DNA of 64,000 nt. Origin: an uncultured Bdellovibrionales bacterium (GTDB taxonomy: Bacteria > Patescibacteriota > Minisyncoccia > Moranbacterales > UBA2206). The stretch lies in assembly GCA_964538685.1 (NCBI GenBank), contig CAZIFD010000001.1, forward strand, positions 13,221 through 77,220. Direction: 5' to 3'. This document shows positions 57,465-64,000 of the stretch, in pieces (position 1 is the first letter of the stretch; each line of letters starts with the position of its first letter). The translations under genes and the position numbers were made by a program. The notes beneath the pieces were generated by a model that saw only the letters and a program-made list of their open reading frames with translations, had not been told where the DNA came from and made no database searches.

Positions 57465-59435
57465 ATGGAAGAAAAAATTAAAAAAACAATCAAAGAAAGC
57501 ATCAACTTTATTTTCCAAAAACAACAAAAAGACGGAAGTTTTTTCAGTTTATCATCGGAAAAACAGAACCTTTCTTCAGGCGAAAAATACACAACTTCTC
57601 TTGGCGCTTCTTTTATTTTGAGTTGCTTGTCGGGATTTTCCGATTTTACTTCGGAAAAAATCAAGAAAAAAATTGTCAGATTTTTGCTCAAAGAAAAAAG
57701 TGATATGAATTCATTTAATTATTGGAGTCGTTCATCCAAGGAAGCTCGTGAGCTTCCTTATCCAGATGATTTAGACGATACTTTTTGCGTTTTAGCGTCC
57801 TTGTTTTCGTATGATAAAAAAATAATTAATGCAGAGATATTGACTAGTGTAATCTCTCTTTTGTCTCATTCTGAGATCCAAGAGGGCGGTCCGTATCAAA
57901 CTTGGTTAGTCGGAGAGAATGCCGGCAAGGAATGGCGAGACATTGACTTGGCCGTTAATTCCAATGTGGCTTATTTTTTATTTCTCCAAGAAATTGAACT
58001 TCCTAATCTTGGATCCTTGATTGAAACTGCCATAAAAAAAGAAAAATATTTTTCTCCCTATTATGCTTCTCCTTTTTCAGTTATTTATTTCATCTCCCGT
58101 TTTTATCAAGGAAAAAATAAAGACAAAATAATAGGATATCTTTGGAAAGAAAAAAATGAAAATCATTCTTGGGGCAATTCTTTGGATAGTGCTTTAGCAA
58201 TTTCCGCTCTTTTGAATTTGGGTTTTTCGGCCAAAAAATTGGAAAAAAGTATAAATAATTTGATCGCAGAAAAAGGCGAGGCGGAGAATTGGAAGGCGTA
58301 TTCTTTGGTGGTGGAAAAAATCAATGGCAAGACCAAAACTTATTCCGGTTCCAATGAGCTTACAACAGCTTTTTGTCTTGAAGCTATCGGAAAATATTCA
58401 AAAAAAATTAAAACTGAAAAAAACAAAAACGGAGGAAAGGAGAAAATTTCTAAAAAAGAGCAAAAAATTTATGAAAGAGTAATTCGTCTTTTTGAGTCCA
58501 GAAAAATAAAATGTTTTGGAAATTCAGCTAAGGAACCGGAATTAGATTTGAAAAAAATTCTCAGGAAAAAAAATAGTCAATCAGTGGTTCTTTTGCCTTT
58601 CCATTTTCAAAAATCACTAGGTAAAAAAGGCGAGAAAATTCCGACGGAAATGGTAGTGCAATTAGGTCTGGCTAATTTGTTGGGTTGGATAGCCTATACT
58701 ATTTATGATGATTTTTTGGATGAAGAAGGTGAAGCAAAAAAAATAGCTTTAGCCAATTTGTGTCTTCGGGAATTGACCAAAATATTTTACCTTATTTTGC
58801 CGGACAAAGGAGATTTCTTATCTATTTTTGAAAGGATCATGGATGAAACCGAATCGGCTAATTTTTGGGAGATCAAAAATTGCCGAATAGAAATTTCTGA
58901 GGATAATCTTTCACTGCCGGCAAAATTGCCGGATTATCAAAAAAATATTTTTTTGACCAAGCGTTCAATGGGACACGCTCTTCCGGCTTTGGTCTGTTTG
59001 TCATTTCTCGGTGAAAAAAATGATTCTCCGGATATGAAAAATTTAATTATTTTTTTTCAAAATTACTTACTTGCCCGTCAACTTAACGATGATATGCATG
59101 ACTGGGAAGATGATTTGAAGAGGGGACAATTAAGTCCTGTTGTAAGCGCTATTTTAGAAACTTGGAAGAATAAAATAAGCCGTAAAAAAATAAATCTAAA
59201 AAAAGATTGGGAAAAATTGCAAGAAATATTTTGGTATGAAACAGTTTTGGCAATTTGCCGGGAGATTTTGTATTCAGTTAAAAAGGCTAGACGAGTAGCA
59301 AAAAAAATTTCCTTGGCAGAAAGCCAAAATTTTTTTGAGGAGTTGATTTTGCCAATGGAAAGATTGGCGCAAAATACTATTTCTGAACAAAAAGAGATGA
59401 GTGATTTTTTGGAAATTTACAAAAGAAAAAAATAA
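57465..59435 (+). CDS. two-domain terpene-synthase-like protein: N-terminal class II cyclase-like alpha/alpha-toroid (DxDDT-like motif) + C-terminal class I-like domain (DDxxD/E and NDxxHxxxE-like motifs)
   Basis: N-domain: QKDGSF, YPDDLDDTFCVLASL, ENHSWGNSLDSALAISALLNLG. C-domain: WIAYTIYDDFLDEEGE and LARQLNDDMHDWEDDLKRGQ. Motif-level inference only. Confidence 0.45.
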   Translation: MEEKIKKTIKESINFIFQKQQKDGSFFSLSSEKQNLSSGEKYTTSLGASFILSCLSGFSDFTSEKIKKKIVRFLLKEKSDMNSFNYWSRSSKEARELPYPDDLDDTFCVLASLFSYDKKIINAEILTSVISLLSHSEIQEGGPYQTWLVGENAGKEWRDIDLAVNSNVAYFLFLQEIELPNLGSLIETAIKKEKYFSPYYASPFSVIYFISRFYQGKNKDKIIGYLWKEKNENHSWGNSLDSALAISALLNLGFSAKKLEKSINNLIAEKGEAENWKAYSLVVEKINGKTKTYSGSNELTTAFCLEAIGKYSKKIKTEKNKNGGKEKISKKEQKIYERVIRLFESRKIKCFGNSAKEPELDLKKILRKKNSQSVVLLPFHFQKSLGKKGEKIPTEMVVQLGLANLLGWIAYTIYDDFLDEEGEAKKIALANLCLRELTKIFYLILPDKGDFLSIFERIMDETESANFWEIKNCRIEISEDNLSLPAKLPDYQKNIFLTKRSMGHALPALVCLSFLGEKNDSPDMKNLIIFFQNYLLARQLNDDMHDWEDDLKRGQLSPVVSAILETWKNKISRKKINLKKDWEKLQEIFWYETVLAICREILYSVKKARRVAKKISLAESQNFFEELILPMERLAQNTISEQKEMSDFLEIYKRKK

Positions 59436-59487
59436 CGATTGTTTGACGCAGGTGGAATTTAATTAATTTTTTTGCTAAAATGATTTT

Positions 59488-60294
59488 ATGGGAAATGAAA
59501 ATAAAAAAATATCAGTTCAAATTACAGACGATTCAAAGTTAAAAAAACAAAAACCGAAAGTCGCCATCATATCTCTCACTTCTTGCGAGGGTTGCCAATT
59601 TGCTCTTTTGGATTTGGGGGAAAGGTTTTTGAATTTTTTGGAGGGTGTTGATTTGGTGGATTTTCGCTTAATTGAAGATGAAGAAGATTCTGGCGAACAA
59701 CTGGATGTTGTTTTTGTGGAAGGAAATCCTGTAGATGATGACAATGAAAAAACGCTTCTTGAAGCAAGAAAAAGAAGCAAAATCTTGGTGGCTCTCGGGA
59801 ATTGCGCCGCAATGGGAGGAATTCCGGAAATCAAAAATTATCAAGAAGGGCAAAATACCATCAAGCATGTTTACAAATATATTCAAGGAATCAACAATCC
59901 GGAAATTAAGGAAATTGATAATTTAGTCAAAGTAGATTTTGTTTTGCCGGGTTGTCCGATTAATGCTGAGGAATTTTTAAAATATGCTCCCGAGCTTTTG
60001 GAAGGGCGTATTCCGGAAATTCCCGACAATCCGGTTTGTGTGGAATGTCGAGCGAAAGGTAATCGCTGTTTTCTTTTGGATGGCAAACCATGTTTTGGGC
60101 CGATGATTTTGGGCGGTTGTGAAGCGGTTTGTCCGAGTGCCGGTATGATGTGCCAAGGTTGTCGGGGGCTTCGCAAAAAAGCTGATGTGAAAGCAATGAA
60201 AAAAGCTCTCAAAAACAAAATGACTGATGAAGAATTTGAAAATGTGAGTGAAATCTACGGACTGCGAGATGATATTGAAGCAAGAAGCAAATAA
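59488..60294 (+). CDS. [NiFe]-hydrogenase small subunit, cytoplasmic group-3 type (no Tat signal)
   Basis: VAIISLTSCEGCQ, GNCAAMGGIPE, PGCPINAEEF, C-terminal CxxC cluster motifs. Confidence 0.8.
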   Translation: MGNENKKISVQITDDSKLKKQKPKVAIISLTSCEGCQFALLDLGERFLNFLEGVDLVDFRLIEDEEDSGEQLDVVFVEGNPVDDDNEKTLLEARKRSKILVALGNCAAMGGIPEIKNYQEGQNTIKHVYKYIQGINNPEIKEIDNLVKVDFVLPGCPINAEEFLKYAPELLEGRIPEIPDNPVCVECRAKGNRCFLLDGKPCFGPMILGGCEAVCPSAGMMCQGCRGLRKKADVKAMKKALKNKMTDEEFENVSEIYGLRDDIEARSK

Positions 60295-60311
60295 TTTAGT
60301 ATTAAATCTTT

Positions 60312-61571
60312 ATGCAAATCAAAATCAATCATGTTGCCAAAATGGAAGGACATACCGGTTTTATGGCTAGCGTTCTAAAAGGCGATGTCAAATCGGCTAA
60401 AATGGAAGTTCAAGAAGGAATTCGTTTGATTGAAGGAATTTTAATTGGACGACACTTTGTTGATATGCCGGTTGTGGCGCAAAGAATTTGCGGGATTTGT
60501 CCGGTAGTGCATAATCTGACCTCAATTAAATCAATTGAGAACGCTTTTGGAATTCAGGTGAGCGAAGAAACTGAAAAAATCAGAAAACTTTTGGAGTATG
60601 GACAAATTATTCATTCTCACGCTCTACATCTTTTCTTTTTGTCTTTGGCAGATTTTTTGGATATGGATAACGATATTGAACTAATCACTAAATATCCGGA
60701 AGAAACTAAAAAGGCAATTGGAATTAGAGAATTTGGAATGGAAATCGTCAAGATTTTGGGAGGAAGAGTGGTGCATCCTCTAACCAATGAAGTGGGGGGA
60801 TTCAAAAAAGTTCCGACTCCGGAAATGCTTCGTGGAATTTTGGAAAAAAGCCAATATGCTCTGAAAGATGCTCTTGAATTAGGAGAATTTTTCCGAGGAA
60901 TAAAGGTTCCTGATTTTGAAAGAAAAACTGAATTTGTGGCACTTTCCAAAAAGGGAGAATATGCCGTTTATGACGGTGATATCATTTCTTCCGAGGGCTT
61001 GCATATTCCGGTTTCCAAATTTGAAAACAATTTCAGTGAACTTCAAAAGCAAAATGAAGTAGTGAAGAGAGTGGAGCACAACGGAAAAAGCTATATGAAC
61101 GGAGCTATTGCCAGAATTAATCTAAATAGGGATAAGTTAAATCCGGAAGCTCAAAAATATTTAAACAGTTTGCGTTGGAAGTTTCCCGACTATAATCCTT
61201 TCCATAATATTCTGTCGCAGATGGCAGAAGTCATTCATTCCATTGAAGAATCAATCCGGATTATGCGGAGTCTTATTAATTCTGATTTGAATCTGGCTTT
61301 GACCGGAAAATATAAAATCAAAGAAGGAATCGGGGTGGCAGCGGTTGAGGCTCCGCGCGGGACACTTTATTATCACACCGAGATAGATGGCAGGGGCTAC
61401 ATTAAAAACGCCAATATCATTACTCCAACCGCTCAATGTCTGGCTAATTTGGAAGATGATATTACTGAATACATTCCCAGTATTTTGGATCTGAATGAAG
61501 CGACCCGAGAAAAAAAATTACGAGGTTTTATTCGGGCTTATGATCCTTGTATCAGCTGTGCCGTTCATTAA
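60312..61571 (+). CDS. [NiFe]-hydrogenase large subunit (group 3 L1/L2 motifs)
   Basis: L1 RICGICPVVH (RxCGxCxxxH). C-terminal L2 DPCISCAVH (DPCxxCxxH) followed by stop. Confidence 0.85.
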   Translation: MQIKINHVAKMEGHTGFMASVLKGDVKSAKMEVQEGIRLIEGILIGRHFVDMPVVAQRICGICPVVHNLTSIKSIENAFGIQVSEETEKIRKLLEYGQIIHSHALHLFFLSLADFLDMDNDIELITKYPEETKKAIGIREFGMEIVKILGGRVVHPLTNEVGGFKKVPTPEMLRGILEKSQYALKDALELGEFFRGIKVPDFERKTEFVALSKKGEYAVYDGDIISSEGLHIPVSKFENNFSELQKQNEVVKRVEHNGKSYMNGAIARINLNRDKLNPEAQKYLNSLRWKFPDYNPFHNILSQMAEVIHSIEESIRIMRSLINSDLNLALTGKYKIKEGIGVAAVEAPRGTLYYHTEIDGRGYIKNANIITPTAQCLANLEDDITEYIPSILDLNEATREKKLRGFIRAYDPCISCAVH

Positions 61572-61591
61572 CCAAAATTAACACTAAAATT

Positions 61592-61867
61592 ATGCATGAT
61601 TTTATGCTAGCCAAAGAAATAGTGGATGAAGTTATTCGCATTGCCAAAGAAAAAAATTTAAAAAACATTAAAAAAATATCACTGGAAATCGGAATTGTTT
61701 CCTTGGCTCACGATGGACATGAGGAACACACAGAGGACATTTCAATTGAAAATCTGGAATTTGGAATTAAAAACATTATCAAAAACACTGAGCTTTCAGA
61801 AGCTGTTTTTGAAATAAGAAAAACGACGGAAAAACATTGGAAAATAACTGATATTGAGGTAGAATAG
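61592..61867 (+). CDS. HypA-like nickel-insertion protein lacking the Cys4 zinc site (His-rich loop instead)
   Basis: N-terminus MHDFMLAKEIVDEV and C-terminus ITDIEVE resemble HypA (MHE...IEVE). No cysteines. HDGHEEHTED loop. Confidence 0.45.
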   Translation: MHDFMLAKEIVDEVIRIAKEKNLKNIKKISLEIGIVSLAHDGHEEHTEDISIENLEFGIKNIIKNTELSEAVFEIRKTTEKHWKITDIEVE

Positions 61868-61894
61868 GGATATATAAACATAAAACATAAATAT

Positions 61895-62887
61895 ATGCTA
61901 AGAATTGCTATTAATGGCTTTGGACGGATTGGACGGCCGAGCTTTAAAATCGCTTTTGAAAGTGATGATGTTGAAATCGTGGCCATAAATGATTTAACCG
62001 ATGCTTCAACTTCGGCTCATCTTCTTAAATATGATTCTTCTTTTGGAATTTGGAACAAAGAAATAGTGGTGGACGAAGAAAATTCGGAAATCGTGGTTTC
62101 CGGAACCAGAATTAAATATTTTCAAGAAACTGATCCGGAAAAACTTCCTTGGAAAGAATTGGAGGTAGATGTAGTTTTGGAATGCACCGGAGTTTTTAAC
62201 AACCAAGAATCAGCCGGCAAACATTTGAAAGCTGGTGCTAAAAAAGTAATTCTTTCTGCTCCGGCCAAAGATGAAATACCGGTTTATCTTTTAGGAGTGA
62301 ATGATCAGGAATATTCGGGAGAAGCCATAATTTCCAATGGTTCTTGCACAACTAATTGTTTGGCGCCGATGATAAAAGTTTTAGATGAAAATTTTGGAGT
62401 GAAAAAAGGATTTATGACAACTACTCATTCTTACACCAATGACCAGCGTCTTCAGGACTTGCCTCACAAAGATTTGCGTCGAGCTCGGGCGGCCGCGCTT
62501 AATATTATTCCAACTACAACCGGAGCAGCTAAAACAGTCGGAAAGGTTTTAAAAAAGTTTTCCGGTCAATTGGATGGAATCGCACTTCGGGTTCCGACGC
62601 CAGTGGTTTCAATTACTGATTTTGTTTGTATTTTGGAAAAAGAAGTGAGAGCCGAAGATATTAATGAAGCAATGAAACAATCGGAACAAAATGGGCTCAA
62701 GAAAATTTTAGCCACAACCGATGAACCTTTGGTTTCTATGGATTTTAAGGGAAATCCGCACAGTGTAATTGTTGATTTGGGACTTACAATGGCTAACGGC
62801 AATTTGGCCAAGGTGGTTGGTTGGTATGATAATGAATGGGGATATTCTTGTCGCTTGGTGGATATGGCAAAATATATTGGAAAATAA
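61895..62887 (+). CDS. gap: glyceraldehyde-3-phosphate dehydrogenase
   Basis: MLRIAINGFGRIGR, SNGSCTTNCLAP, WYDNEWGYS. Confidence 0.9.
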   Translation: MLRIAINGFGRIGRPSFKIAFESDDVEIVAINDLTDASTSAHLLKYDSSFGIWNKEIVVDEENSEIVVSGTRIKYFQETDPEKLPWKELEVDVVLECTGVFNNQESAGKHLKAGAKKVILSAPAKDEIPVYLLGVNDQEYSGEAIISNGSCTTNCLAPMIKVLDENFGVKKGFMTTTHSYTNDQRLQDLPHKDLRRARAAALNIIPTTTGAAKTVGKVLKKFSGQLDGIALRVPTPVVSITDFVCILEKEVRAEDINEAMKQSEQNGLKKILATTDEPLVSMDFKGNPHSVIVDLGLTMANGNLAKVVGWYDNEWGYSCRLVDMAKYIGK

Positions 62888-62922
62888 AAATAAAAATAAA
62901 AATAATAATTGCCAATTAAATT

Positions 62923-64000
62923 ATGTATGATGTTTTAATTAAAAATGGTTTTGTCATTGACGGAACCGGCAAGCCGATGTACCGAGCCGACATTGGTATT
63001 AAGGATGAGGAAATTGTCAAAATTGGCGAGCTTCAAAATGACAAAGGCGAGGTGGAAATTGATGCTGAAGACAAAGTCGTTTGTCCTGGTTTTATTGATG
63101 TTAATAATCACAGCGATACTTTTTGGAGGTTATTTCTGAATCCCGATTTGGAGAGTTTAGTTTATCAAGGCATTACGACTATTGTTGGTGGAAATTGCGG
63201 ATCTTCTTTGGCGCCACTTTTTGATTTTGAGACAATAACTTCCATTCAAAAATGGATTGATCTTCAAAAAATTAATATTAGTTGGCTTACGATGGAAGAA
63301 TTTTTTCAAGTTCTTTCCAAAAATAAGTTGGCAGTAAATTTTGCCACTCTTACCGGACACGCCACCCTAAGAAGAGGGATTCTCAAAGACGAGATGCGCA
63401 GTATGAATCCGAATGAATTGGTGGCTATTGAAAAATTGCTCAAGGGAGCGCTCAAGGACGGAGCAATCGGAATGTCAACCGGACTTATTTACACTCATGC
63501 CAAACTGGCTTCAACCGAAGAACTGACTGAATTAGCCAAAGTAGTTAGAAAATATGACGGAGTGTATGCGACTCATATCAGGGGAGAGGAAAACGAATTG
63601 ATTGAAGCGGTCAATGAAGCTTTGACAGTGGCGAAGAATTCCGGAGTCAAGTTGCATATTTCTCATCTCAAAGCAATGGGTGAAAAAAACTGGAATCTTT
63701 TTGATCAAGCTCTCCATTTGATTGAAAGGGAAAAAGAAACCGGCGCAGATGTGTCTTTTGATGTTTATCCTTACACCAATACCGGTTCAGTTCTTTATGT
63801 GCTTCTTCCTGATTGGGTTTCTGATGGAGGAAGAAAGGTGATGCTATCACGACTTAGAAATCCTTCCATTCGGAATAAGGTTATTCAGGAAATGAGAGAG
63901 AGCGGATTTGATTATTCCAAAGTGGAAATTGCCATTTCTCCTCTGGATAAAACTTTGGCCAGAAAGAAAATTTCCGAAATTGCTGTTTCTCAAGGCAAAG
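62923..64000 (+). CDS. amidohydrolase, N-acyl-D-amino-acid deacylase (D-aminoacylase) family; 3' partial (runs off window)
   Basis: MYDVLIKNGFVIDGTGKP...VVCPGFIDVNNH...GAIGMSTGLIYT...YATHIRGE...KLHISHLKA. Not in the ORF table because there is no stop before the window end. Confidence 0.65.
   Translation, partial: MYDVLIKNGFVIDGTGKPMYRADIGIKDEEIVKIGELQNDKGEVEIDAEDKVVCPGFIDVNNHSDTFWRLFLNPDLESLVYQGITTIVGGNCGSSLAPLFDFETITSIQKWIDLQKINISWLTMEEFFQVLSKNKLAVNFATLTGHATLRRGILKDEMRSMNPNELVAIEKLLKGALKDGAIGMSTGLIYTHAKLASTEELTELAKVVRKYDGVYATHIRGEENELIEAVNEALTVAKNSGVKLHISHLKAMGEKNWNLFDQALHLIEREKETGADVSFDVYPYTNTGSVLYVLLPDWVSDGGRKVMLSRLRNPSIRNKVIQEMRESGFDYSKVEIAISPLDKTLARKKISEIAVSQGK

Noticed and set aside
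62945-63139. ORF 62945-63139 (64 aa) and the minus-strand ORFs 63157-63850
   Set aside because: They overlap, in other frames, a long uninterrupted + strand reading frame from ATG 62923 to the window end that has clear amidohydrolase motifs.

Overview
This is an AT-rich bacterial chromosomal segment. Almost every gene lies on the + strand, which is consistent with a leading-strand region near gyrB. I infer a small-genome Candidate Phyla Radiation (Patescibacteria)-type organism from several traits: a 23S rRNA gene interrupted by a group I intron encoding a LAGLIDADG endonuclease, no 16S gene linked upstream of the 23S, L25 in the Ctc form, and long basic tails on ribosomal proteins.

Features recognised, in order:
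- gyrB
- a membrane protein with C-terminal TPR repeats
- 23S (with intron) and 5S rRNA genes
- ftsW/rodA and L25
- a PcsB-like protein (coiled coil plus MltB-like lytic transglycosylase)
- a CaCA antiporter and a P-type ATPase, each split by a 1-nt frameshift
- a RhuM-Doc cassette flanked by 51-bp direct repeats
- lexA
- nrdR-nrdD-(mini glycyl-radical protein)-nrdG
- DUF167 (YggU)
- comEC, split at an A7 run
- ndk
- a region of tandem promoter/terminator cassettes with tiny ORFs
- L28, an M50 protease, then rpsL-rpsG-fusA
- L31, rpsB-tsf, a PSP1/YaaT protein
- a tRNA cluster (Thr, Tyr, Thr, then L33, then Trp)
- an inserted restriction-modification island: C-protein, a candidate nuclease, and a LexA-fused m5C methyltransferase
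- an LD-carboxypeptidase
- a CIRCE-controlled hsp20, htrA
- a DUF5320/DUF134 pair
- tpiA and fba
- a hydrogenase locus:
  - NuoE-like and NuoF-like subunits with a non-canonical [FeFe]-hydrogenase
  - hypC, a nucleoside 2-deoxyribosyltransferase-like gene (here called NDT-like), hypD, hypE
  - a HypF protein consisting only of the Kae1-like domain
  - an OmpR/histidine-kinase two-component pair
  - a fused class II/class I terpene-synthase-like protein
  - [NiFe] small and large subunits and a Cys-less HypA
- gap and a partial amidohydrolase

The findings I rate highest are the LexA-methyltransferase R-M island at the tRNA cluster, and a GrcA-like spare-part glycyl-radical mini-protein for NrdD created by an ~87-bp duplication.

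The others are:
- an RPE-like family of GC-rich palindromes, two of them inserted in-frame into a coding sequence
- the degenerate-motif [FeFe]-hydrogenase together with the group-3 [NiFe] hydrogenase locus
- three frameshifts that each need +1 nt

All functional assignments are motif-based readings of the supplied translations; no database search was run.
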